Source: Betaproteobacteria bacterium (GTDB taxonomy: Bacteria > Pseudomonadota > Gammaproteobacteria > Burkholderiales > Burkholderiaceae_C). From it: a DNA stretch of 64,000 bases. How positions within the stretch are numbered: the first letter of the stretch is position 1; every line of letters begins with the position of its first letter. The translations under genes and the position numbers were made by a program. The stretch spans positions 156 to 64,155 of the forward strand of contig JANNFE010000166.1 of assembly GCA_031379415.1 (NCBI GenBank), in the 5' to 3' direction. The notes below the pieces were generated by a model that saw only the letters and a program-made list of their open reading frames with translations, was not told the origin of the DNA and ran no database searches. Shown here piece by piece: positions 1 to 10,328 of this stretch.

Positions 1-386
1 TCGACGACCTGGCGCTGGCGCAGAGCGACATGCAGAACCTGCTCAACAGCACCGACATCGCGACGCTGTTTCTCGACAATTCGCTCAACGTCAGGCGCTA
101 CACCGAGCAGATCGCGCGCATCATCCATTTGCGCGAAGGCGACGTCGGGCGGCCGCTGACCGACCTGACGAGTACCTTGCTCTACCCCGAGTTGAACGAA
201 GACGCGCGACTCAGTCTGCGCACACTGAGCTTCACGCAAAAGGAGGTCACCACCACCGACGGCCTCTGGTTCCAGGTGCGCATCAAGCCCTATCGCACAC
301 TGGCCGATGTCATTCAGGGCGTGGTCATCACATTTTTCGACATCACGGCCGCCAAACAACTGGAGTCGCGCTTGCGCAACCCCTAG
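1..386 (+). CDS. C-terminal end of CheB/CheR methyltransferase-PAS fusion protein (partial, starts upstream of window)
   Basis: NLLNSTDIATLFLD..L.VRRYT...GDVGRPL.D...W..VRIKPYRT..VIQGVVITFFDIT is the typical C-terminal PAS (PAS_10) segment of CheB/CheR fusions. Confidence 0.8.
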   Translation, partial: DDLALAQSDMQNLLNSTDIATLFLDNSLNVRRYTEQIARIIHLREGDVGRPLTDLTSTLLYPELNEDARLSLRTLSFTQKEVTTTDGLWFQVRIKPYRTLADVIQGVVITFFDITAAKQLESRLRNP

Positions 387-420
387 GCACGCGCCCACTC
401 TCGCCCCGAAAGGTCCTGCC

Positions 421-1002
421 ATGCTGACACCCGCCACCCCCACGCCCCTGCCCTTGCGCGAGCGCGCGGCAGCACGCCTGTCGTCGGGCCGAGTTGAAGG
501 CCACGCTCAGTTGGGCGGCGCCCTGGCCGTGCTGCATCAATTGGCCTCCTCACCCGCGACGGCCGCCGACGCGCTGGCCATGCTGCATGAGTTGCAGGTC
601 CACCAGATCGAAATCGAATTGCAGTCCGAGGAGTTGCGCAGTGCGCGCGCTGAACTGGAAGGGGCGCTGGCGCACCAGCTGGCCCGCATCGACGCGGCCC
701 CGGTGGGCCTGTTCACCGTCGACCCCGGCACCGTGGTGCATGAGGTGAACGCGCCGGGCGCACGGCTGCTGGGCCTTGGCGCAGACGAACTGCTGGGGCT
801 GGCGCTGACGCAGTTCCTGTCGGCCCAGGATGCCGACGCCCTGGCCACGCTGCTGTCGCTGGCCCGCGATCGCAGCAGCCATGAAGGCTGCGCGCTGCGC
901 CTGCAGCCGCCGGTCGGCGCGCCGGTGGCGGTGCGTGCCACGGCCGCGCGCCTGAGCGACGACGGCCAGTGCCAGCTGGCCCTGATGCGCGTAGCCGCGT
1001 AG
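421..1002 (+). CDS. PAS domain protein, usual partner of CheB/CheR fusions
   Basis: LHELQVHQIEIELQSEELR coiled-coil followed by D.APVGLFTVD..TVVHEVN PAS motif; ATG at 421 within ORF 307..1002. Confidence 0.75.
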   Translation: MLTPATPTPLPLRERAAARLSSGRVEGHAQLGGALAVLHQLASSPATAADALAMLHELQVHQIEIELQSEELRSARAELEGALAHQLARIDAAPVGLFTVDPGTVVHEVNAPGARLLGLGADELLGLALTQFLSAQDADALATLLSLARDRSSHEGCALRLQPPVGAPVAVRATAARLSDDGQCQLALMRVAA

Positions 1003-1018
1003 CCGCGTAGTCGGCTGA

Positions 1019-1567
1019 TCAGCTCTTGCCGAACTTCGCCTTGGCCGCTGTCATGCAGCTGGTCTTGGCGTCGCCGGCCATGGCGTCGCACTTCTCGGCC
1101 GCCACCTTGTAGTCGGCATCGACTTTGGTCTGCGTGGCATCGGTGCGTGCTTCGCTGACCTTCTTGACCATCTTGGCGTCGGCGGTGGCCTTGGCCTGCA
1201 CGGCCTTGGCTTCCTTCACGCACACGTCCTTGTCGTTGCCCTTGAGGTCATCGCACTTTTCCTTGGCCACGCCATAGGCCGCATCAGAGCGGACCAGTTG
1301 CAGCTTGGTGCCGTCGGCGGCCTTGCCGGTGTAGCGGAATTCCAGGTCGGCGAAGGCAATCATTTCCTTGCCTTTGGCTTCTGCGATGCAGATGTCCTTG
1401 GCGTTGGCTGTCATCGAAGCGCAGGCCGCCTTGGCTGTCTTGTAGTCGGCGCTGATGCGCGACTTCTCGGCGCTGTAGTCGGCCTTGGGCATGGTGGCGG
1501 CCTGGGCCGAGAAGCCCAGCGTGGCGATGGTGATGGCCAGCAGCGAGGCGTGGAGGCTTTGGGTCAT
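1019..1567 (-). CDS. Exported Lys/Ala-rich protein with three C-x10-C repeats, function unknown
   Basis: Signal peptide MTQSLHASLLAITIATLGFSAQA; repeats YKTAKAAC..KDIC, YGVAKEKC..KDVC, YKVAAEKC..KTSC; AAGGAA SD before ATG at 1567. Confidence 0.8.
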   Translation of the reverse strand: MTQSLHASLLAITIATLGFSAQAATMPKADYSAEKSRISADYKTAKAACASMTANAKDICIAEAKGKEMIAFADLEFRYTGKAADGTKLQLVRSDAAYGVAKEKCDDLKGNDKDVCVKEAKAVQAKATADAKMVKKVSEARTDATQTKVDADYKVAAEKCDAMAGDAKTSCMTAAKAKFGKS

Positions 1568-1629
1568 GGGGTGTTCCTTTCGGGTGGCGAGTAGAGAGCA
1601 ACAGTCTGCGGCGCGGGCTGAGCGCCGTC

Positions 1630-1645
1630 TGTGCGATGACATACA
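1630..1645. promoter_or_regulatory. CRP-like 16-bp box TGTGCG-ATGA-CATACA
   Basis: Matches the TGTGCG-N4-CGCACA pattern also seen at 4861, 5974 and 9676; 63 bp upstream of the 1567 start. Confidence 0.4.
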
Positions 1646-1649
1646 GCCC

Positions 1650-2831
1650 TCAGCGCGTGCCAACCACCTCGATCTCGACGCGACGGTCCGGCTGCAGGCA
1701 GGTGATGAGCTTGGGCGTCGGCTTGTTGCCGGTGCAGGTTCCCGGCTGCGTGGTCGGGCTGGTCTCGCCCTTGCCGACGGCGTTCACCTTGGCGGCCGCA
1801 AAGCCGCCCGCTGACACCAGGTAGTTCTTCACCGCCTCGGCGCGCTGCGCCGAGAGCTTCTGGTTGTAGGCCGGCGTGCCCAGGCGGTCGGTATGCCCTT
1901 CGACGGTGATGACCTCGAATTGCGCGCCCTGCAGTTCGGCGGCAAAACGGTCCAGCGCGGCGCGGCCTTCGGGCTTCACGGCCGACTGGTCGAAGCCGAA
2001 CAGCGACTCGGCCGAGAAGCTGACGCGCCGGCGTTCCGGCACCACGGCCTTGGGCACCGGCGGCGGTGCCACCACCACGGGTGGCGGCGGCGGTGGCGGG
2101 GGCGGCACCACCACCGGCTTGGGCGGCGGCGGGGGCGGGGGCGGCACATAGACCGGCGCCTGTGCGACACGCGGCGCCGGCGTGCGCCCGAACGGGAACA
2201 CCAGGCTGATCGAGTAGACGTCGACATCGCCACGGCGGCCCACGGCGTCGTTCACGCGGTAGCGCTCGGCTTCGCCGCGGATCAGGAAGGACGGGCTGAA
2301 CGCGTACTGCAGCCCGGCGCCGAGCTTGGGGTTGATCTGGCGCTTGCTCGGGTTCGGGTTGAGCACGGCCACCGCGCCGGTGCCGCTGAAGCTGTCGCGT
2401 GTCCGCGCTGCCTGCGCGCCGACGCGGCCGATGAGCGAAAAGCTCTCGCTCAGCGGCAGCGTGCCCACCAGGTCGAGGCTGCCGCCCTGCAGCTTGATCT
2501 GCCCGGCCAGCGTGCCGGCGGGCGTGGTGGTCGCATCGAAGCCGAACTTGCCAAGGTCGAAGGCGCCGAGTTCCAGCGCGAAGTTGCGGTTCAGCTGCAG
2601 GCCGCCGAACAGGCGCCACGCGGCGGCGCGCTGGTCACGCGCGAACGACGTGGTCGTCAGGCCCGCACCCAGCAGATTGGCCGCGATGCGTTCCTGGTCG
2701 ATGCGGGCGCGCGACTCGCCCAGCGACAGGCCGCCGTAGAAGTAGCTGCTTTCCTGGGCCAGCGCGCTGGACGCCAGCGCGGGCGCAAGCCCGGCGAGCA
2801 CCAGCAGGCGCAGCGTGGGTGTGAAGATCAT
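1650..2831 (-). CDS. OmpA family protein: N-terminal outer-membrane beta-barrel, Pro-rich linker, C-terminal peptidoglycan-binding domain
   Basis: Signal peptide MIFTPTLRLLVLAGLAPALASSALAQ; barrel motifs (FGGLQLNRNFALELG, GAGLQYAF); PPPP linker; LFGFDQS, VEGHTDRLG..YNQKLS.QRA, DRRVEIEV. Confidence 0.92.
   Translation of the reverse strand: MIFTPTLRLLVLAGLAPALASSALAQESSYFYGGLSLGESRARIDQERIAANLLGAGLTTTSFARDQRAAAWRLFGGLQLNRNFALELGAFDLGKFGFDATTTPAGTLAGQIKLQGGSLDLVGTLPLSESFSLIGRVGAQAARTRDSFSGTGAVAVLNPNPSKRQINPKLGAGLQYAFSPSFLIRGEAERYRVNDAVGRRGDVDVYSISLVFPFGRTPAPRVAQAPVYVPPPPPPPPKPVVVPPPPPPPPPVVVAPPPVPKAVVPERRRVSFSAESLFGFDQSAVKPEGRAALDRFAAELQGAQFEVITVEGHTDRLGTPAYNQKLSAQRAEAVKNYLVSAGGFAAAKVNAVGKGETSPTTQPGTCTGNKPTPKLITCLQPDRRVEIEVVGTR
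2058..2146. repeat. Low-complexity GGC/GGT repeat encoding the poly-Pro linker of OmpA
   Basis: ggcggcggtggcggggggcggc runs translate to PPPPPPPKPVVVPPPPPPPPPVVVAPPP on the minus strand. Confidence 0.8.
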
Positions 2832-2899
2832 GGTGGGCTTTCTGGCGGCGCGCCGTGGGGCGGCCGCGGGATGGGCTGCGGGGTGGGCTGCGGCGGCCT

Positions 2900-4783
2900 T
2901 CATGGCGCGACGATCGTGGTGTTGACCATCGTCACCGAAGCCGTCAGGCCGATGGCACGGCCGATCAGCGTGGTCTGCACGGTCTGGCCGGGGGTGGAGA
3001 AGGTCACGCCGGCCGGCGCGATGATGGTGCCGACCATGGTGCTGCCGTCTTCGACACGGCCGGCGCTGCCGACCTGCCAATAGACGTTGCGGGCCTGCGC
3101 GCCATTGATCAGCAGCACACGCCGCGGCGTGGCCGGCAGGCCGACGGTCAGTGCCGACGCGCTCTGGAACACCCACACCGCATTGGCGTCGCCTTGCGCG
3201 TCGAGCGTGAGGTTGCCACTGGTGACGGCGAAGGTGCCGCCGGCCGCGGTGTAGACACCTGGTGCCAGCACCAGGCCACCCAACTGGCCGGCGCCAGGGT
3301 CGCTGCCAGGGGGCAAGGCGGCCAGCGCGTTGTAGGCCGTCTGCGCATCGGCCCGTGCCTGCGTGGCCACCGCCAGGCTGGCCGTGGTGCCCGGTGCCGG
3401 CGGGCCGCAGCTGACGTTGCCGTTCACGACGCCGACGTTCAGCGGTGTCTCGGTGTAGACGTTGGCAGCATCGTGCAGGCCGGTCACCAGCGTGCAGGCG
3501 GCGGTGGTACCGATGTTGCCGCCGATCAACGTGTTGATGCCCTGGTTGGTGATGCCCGCGCCGCCACCGAAAGCGCCGAAGGAAGCTGCTGCGCCCAAGG
3601 GCACGGCGCCCACGCAAGCCTGCGTGCCGGTGCTGAAGCCCCATGTGCGCGGTGCGGCCAGCGCATTGCCGGCCAGGTCCCTGACGCCCGTGCTCACGGT
3701 GACGACGAAGCTGCGGCTGGCCATGAAGCCGGCGGCGGCCGTGGGCGTAAAGCTCGCCACCTGAGCCACGGCGTCGTAGCTCACGCTGCCGGCGACGGCC
3801 ACGCCGCCGTCGGTGACCGTGAAGGTCGTGGTCGTGATGGTGGCCGGGTCCATCGGCTCGCTGAAGGTGGCGCTGGCGCCCTTCGTCAGGCACTGGCCGG
3901 TGCTGGCGTCGGCGGGGCTGACGGCCGTCACCGTGGGCGGCGTGGTGTCACCGGCGGCGCCGGTGGTGAAGGTCCACACATGCGCGCCGGCCGCCGGCAG
4001 CAGCGCGGTATTGCCAGCCAGGCCATTGCCTGCCGGGTCGGCCGCAGCGGCCGTGATGGTGGCGCTGTAGACGTTGCCGCTGGCCAGCGTGGCCGGCGTG
4101 GTGGGCGTGAACAGCACCGTGCGCGAGGCCGCGCTGTAACTCACGGTGCCGACCACCGGCGTGCCCAGCGTCGTGTTGGTGACGGTGAAGCTGGTGGCGG
4201 TGAGCGTGGCCGCGTTCATGGCTTCGCTGAAGGTGGCGCTGATACGGGTGTTGGTGGCCACGCCGGCCGCAAGGGCTGCAGGCACGGTGAGCACCACCGT
4301 GGGCCGCGTGGTGTCGGCAGCGCTGGCCAGGCCGGTGACGAAGCTCCAGCTGTAGGCCGCCGCCAGCGCGATGCCGCCGCTGTCGCGCACGGTGGGGCTG
4401 ATGGTGGCCACGCAGTTGGTGGACGGCGGCAGCGCTGCGGCCGGTGTCAGCGTGGCCGTCTGCGTGGCGGCGTCGTAGCTGACGGCAGCCGTCACCGCGC
4501 TGGCGGCCGGGCAGGCCAGGGTGAAGCTGGTGCTGGTGATGGAGCTCGCCAGCATCGGCTTGCTGAAGGTGGCGCGCACGGTGGCGCGGGTGTCCACGCC
4601 GGTAACGGCGGGCGTGGCCGTGGCGGGCGAGGTGACGGTGACCGTGGGCACGCGGCCGACTTCGGGGCCGCCGAGCAAGGGGTCGAGATCGCCACTGCAG
4701 GCAGCGAGGACCAAGCCAGCGCACAGCGCGGCAAGGCGTGACCCGATGCGCAGTGCCGCCGGGTACGAACGGATCGGGTTCAT
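2900..4783 (-). CDS. Lipoprotein with three bacterial Ig-like (Big_5/SbsA-type) domains and a C-terminal DUF3494 ice-binding-like beta-solenoid
   Basis: Lipobox LAAC; three PTV..SP..ATFS.PM...F.L..VSY..FTP..W.F.TG repeats; DUF3494 motifs LG.A.SF..F.G.GITN, A.ADAQTAYN.L, L.PGVY, LTLDAQGDANAVWVFQ, L.NGAQA.NVYWQVG; AAGGAA SD. Confidence 0.88.
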   Translation of the reverse strand: MNPIRSYPAALRIGSRLAALCAGLVLAACSGDLDPLLGGPEVGRVPTVTVTSPATATPAVTGVDTRATVRATFSKPMLASSITSTSFTLACPAASAVTAAVSYDAATQTATLTPAAALPPSTNCVATISPTVRDSGGIALAAAYSWSFVTGLASAADTTRPTVVLTVPAALAAGVATNTRISATFSEAMNAATLTATSFTVTNTTLGTPVVGTVSYSAASRTVLFTPTTPATLASGNVYSATITAAAADPAGNGLAGNTALLPAAGAHVWTFTTGAAGDTTPPTVTAVSPADASTGQCLTKGASATFSEPMDPATITTTTFTVTDGGVAVAGSVSYDAVAQVASFTPTAAAGFMASRSFVVTVSTGVRDLAGNALAAPRTWGFSTGTQACVGAVPLGAAASFGAFGGGAGITNQGINTLIGGNIGTTAACTLVTGLHDAANVYTETPLNVGVVNGNVSCGPPAPGTTASLAVATQARADAQTAYNALAALPPGSDPGAGQLGGLVLAPGVYTAAGGTFAVTSGNLTLDAQGDANAVWVFQSASALTVGLPATPRRVLLINGAQARNVYWQVGSAGRVEDGSTMVGTIIAPAGVTFSTPGQTVQTTLIGRAIGLTASVTMVNTTIVAP

Positions 4784-4860
4784 GAGGTTTTCCTTGTGCC
4801 GCGCGGGGCGGGTCACTGTCCGTTGGAGCAACGGTTGTAGTGAGCGCCGGGCCGACTGTC

Positions 4861-4876
4861 GGTACGCTATCGCACC
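4861..4876. promoter_or_regulatory. CRP-like 16-bp box GGTACG-CTAT-CGCACC
   Basis: Near-palindrome of the same family as 1630, 5974 and 9676; 78 bp upstream of the DUF3494 gene start. Confidence 0.45.
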
Positions 4877-4993
4877 CACCGACACGCAGCCGCCCGTTGG
4901 CAAAGGGCGCTGCAGCCATCAGCACCCACCACCGCGGCGCCGCGGCGCCGCCGTCAGTACCGCCGGGCCCGCCAAAGGGCCCGCGTGGCGCGC

Positions 4994-5746
4994 TCAGCTC
5001 TTCTGGGGGTGCGTGCCGTCCACCACCTGCTGCAGACCCACCGGGTCGGTGATGCGGATCTGCCGGTTGCGCACGAACAGCAGGCCGTCGTGCTGGAACT
5101 TCGAGAAGGTGCGGCTCACCGTCTCCAGCGTCAGCCCCAGGTAGCTGCCGATCTCTTCGCGCGTCATGCGCAACAGCACCGACGACGCGCTAAAGCCACG
5201 CGCCTGCAGCCGGTGTGTCAGGTTCAGCAGGAAGGCGGCCAGCCGCTCTTCGGCGTACATGCTGCCCAGCAGCAGCATGACGCCCTGGTTGCGCACGATC
5301 TCCAGGCTCATGATGCGGTGGAATTGCGCCTGCAGCGAAGGCACCTGGTGGGTCAGGCTCTCCAGCGCTTCGAAGGGGATGACACAGACCTGCGAGTCTT
5401 CCAGCGCGACGGCGTCCACTTCGTGGCGGCGCGTGCCGATGCCGTCCAGGCCGATGAGTTCGCCGCCCATCTGGAAGCCGGTGACCTGGTCGCGGCCGTC
5501 CTTGGAGGCCACGCAGGTCTTGAAGAAGCCGGTCCACACGGCGTAGACACAATCGAAACGGTCACCGGCGCGATAGAGGGTCTCGCCGCGCTGCACGCGG
5601 CGCCGCGTGGCCACCATGCTCTTGTCGATGAACTCCAGCTCCATCTTGCTGAGGCCGACCGGCAGGCAGATCTCGCGCAGGTTGCAGGAGGAACACACCA
5701 CCTCGCACGAAGACAGGTGCAGGGGCTTGAAGACGGCGTTGTCCAT
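4994..5746 (-). CDS. fnr: O2-sensing FNR regulator with [4Fe-4S] cysteines
   Basis: N-terminal C-x3-C-x2-C-x5-C (CEVVCSSCNLREIC) as in E. coli FNR, internal QVCVIPF Cys, recognition helix LTLETVSR. Confidence 0.92.
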   Translation of the reverse strand: MDNAVFKPLHLSSCEVVCSSCNLREICLPVGLSKMELEFIDKSMVATRRRVQRGETLYRAGDRFDCVYAVWTGFFKTCVASKDGRDQVTGFQMGGELIGLDGIGTRRHEVDAVALEDSQVCVIPFEALESLTHQVPSLQAQFHRIMSLEIVRNQGVMLLLGSMYAEERLAAFLLNLTHRLQARGFSASSVLLRMTREEIGSYLGLTLETVSRTFSKFQHDGLLFVRNRQIRITDPVGLQQVVDGTHPQKS

Positions 5747-5849
5747 GGTGGGGCTGGCTCCGGGTGCGCCAGTGATGGTGGCGGTGCGCGAACAGGCGGA
5801 ACAACGACAGCGCTTCATCATAAGCCGCCGTTGCAGGCAGCCCGGCGCG

Positions 5850-5863
5850 CTGATCCAGATCAA
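5850..5863. promoter_or_regulatory. FNR box CTGAT-CCAG-ATCAA
   Basis: One mismatch to TTGAT-N4-ATCAA in the divergent fnr/dld intergenic region. Confidence 0.7.
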
Positions 5864-5973
5864 TCCGCGGCTGACCTGCGTGCATAGAGTGCTTCATCGG
5901 GTTGTGTTGTCGGCCGCTGTCGACTGTCTGCCCGGAAGCTGACAACACGCCCGGCCCGCGCGCGCACTGTCTC

Positions 5974-5989
5974 TGTTCGGCAACGCACG
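5974..5989. promoter_or_regulatory. CRP-like 16-bp box TGTTCG-GCAA-CGCACG
   Basis: Same motif family; 42 bp upstream of the dld ATG. Confidence 0.5.
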
Positions 5990-6031
5990 AAACCGGCAAC
6001 AGTGGCCCTGCACGGCCCCACAAGGAGACAC

Positions 6032-8859
<2,828 letters not shown>

Positions 8860-8872
<13 letters not shown>

Positions 8873-9618
8873 TCGGCGGCCAGCGCCAGGGCCCGGCTGC
8901 AAGCCTGCAGGGCGCGCAGGTCGGGAATGAGGATGACCCGTCGGCCGCGTTCACCAAAGCCGATGACGCCGCAGCGCACCAGCGCGGCCAGCGCCCGGCT
9001 CACCGATTCAAGCCGCATGCCCAGATGGTTGCCGATGTCGGCGCGTGTCAGCGGCAGGCGCACGCGGTCGGTTCGCTGGCCGCTGCCGGCCAGGGCCTCG
9101 GCCCAGCCGCACAGGAATTCGGCCACGCGTGCCGGCGCCGGCAAGGTGCAGCGCGACAGCATGGCGTCACGCCCGACGCGGATGGCGCGGCTCATCTCGT
9201 GCTGCACGCTGGCCGTGAGCGCGGCGCTGGACGTGCAGGCCGCCAGCAGGTCGTCGTGGCGCAGCGCCCAGACCTCGCCGACGTCCAGCGCCACGGCCTC
9301 GCAGCCGTAGCGGCCGGTGGCGATGCCGTCGAAGCCCAGCCAGTCACCGCGCACCTGCACACCCACCAGCTGCTGGCGGCCGTCGGCCGTGGTGTTGACG
9401 AGCTTGAAGGCGCCGGCATGGATGATGTAGAGCTGCACGAAGGGCAAACCGGCGCCGCACAGCACGTCGCCGGCGTGCACACGCTGCACGCGCACACGCA
9501 GCGCGCCGGCCAGCAGCCGCAGCATGTCACCGATGCGGTCGACGCCGAAGGCCGGCACGAAAGGCTCGCAAGGCGCCGCCGCGACGAGATGCAGTGCGAC
9601 AGCATTCGTTCGTGGCAT
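8860..9618 (-). CDS. Crp/Fnr family regulator lacking the N-terminal Fe-S cysteine cluster (FixK/DNR-like)
   Basis: cNMP-binding fold (G.FKLV..DGRQQLVG...GDWLGFDGI), HTH LTRADIGNHLGMRLESVSR; only one N-terminal Cys; alternative start at 9636. Confidence 0.85.
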
Positions 9619-9675
9619 GGATGTCCTTGGCTGCACGGGCGAAGCCGCATCTTGGGCGACACGCCGCAGCGAATC

Positions 9676-9691
9676 TGTGCGCCAACGAACA
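9676..9691. promoter_or_regulatory. CRP-like 16-bp box TGTGCG-CCAA-CGAACA
   Basis: Best match of the motif family; upstream of the second Crp/Fnr gene. Confidence 0.55.
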
Positions 9692-9719
9692 GACCCAGCA
9701 GTGGTGATTCAGCAGCGGT

Positions 9720-10328
9720 TCAGCGACGCTCGGGCAGCGCGAAGCGTGCGCGCTGCTCGGCGCGTTCGACGGCGGCTGCGAGCGCCGCGCGACGCACGTC
9801 ACCGGGCGCCAGCTGCGCCAGCAGGCGCTGCCAGTGGCGCGCCGCGGTGGCCGGATCCTGGCGCTCCCAGGCGGCGCTGCCGGCCAGGTCAAGCGCGCGC
9901 GCATGGTCGGGCGCGAGCGCGAGGGCCCGGCCCACCAGCGCTGCGGCTTCGCCGCGCAGCGTGCCGCCATCGGCCAGGCCGCGGGCCTCTGCATAGTCCA
10001 GCCACACCTCGGGGTCGCCGGCCACCCGGGGGCTGGCGGCCACGGCACGCTGGAAAGCCGCCGCCGCAGCCTGGTGGCGTTCGGCGCGCAGTTCCAGACG
10101 GGCCTTCAACACCAGGGCGCGCGCATCGTCGGGCTGGCGTCTCAGGTGCGCGTCGAGCCCCGCCAGGGCCTCAGGGCTGGCGGCGGCACCACCGTCGGCG
10201 GCGGCCTGCAGCAGCTCGGCGCTCAGCGCCAGGCGGTCGCCGCGTGCGGCATCGGGCTCACCCTGCAGGGCGTACAGGCCGCCGGCCGCGGCCAGCACAC
10301 CGGCAGCCAATGCAGCTTGCAGTCTCAC
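9720..10328 (-). CDS. CcmI/CycH/NrfG-like TPR protein for cytochrome c maturation
   Basis: N-terminal TM (AALAAGVLAAAGGLYALQG), TPR helices L..HL...PDDARA.VL.AR, W.DYAEA...G.L.GEA..L..RAL.L.P.H.RAL.LAG.AA.E; GTG start overlaps the nrfA stop (GTGA). Confidence 0.8.
   Translation of the reverse strand: MRLQAALAAGVLAAAGGLYALQGEPDAARGDRLALSAELLQAAADGGAAASPEALAGLDAHLRRQPDDARALVLKARLELRAERHQAAAAAFQRAVAASPRVAGDPEVWLDYAEARGLADGGTLRGEAAALVGRALALAPDHARALDLAGSAAWERQDPATAARHWQRLLAQLAPGDVRRAALAAAVERAEQRARFALPERR

Noticed and set aside
991-1010. GTAGCCGC x2.5 tandem repeat at the PAS gene stop
   Set aside because: Too short to support a function; could be a simple slippage duplication.
1650-3893. 747-aa ORF suggesting a long N-terminal extension or fusion of OmpA
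   Set aside because: The upstream part is an off-frame shadow of the DUF3494 gene; the real signal peptide starts at 2831.
4965-4982. GGGCCC-N6-GGGCCC hairpin between fnr and the DUF3494 gene
   Set aside because: No U-tract and such stems are common at this GC content; not called a terminator.
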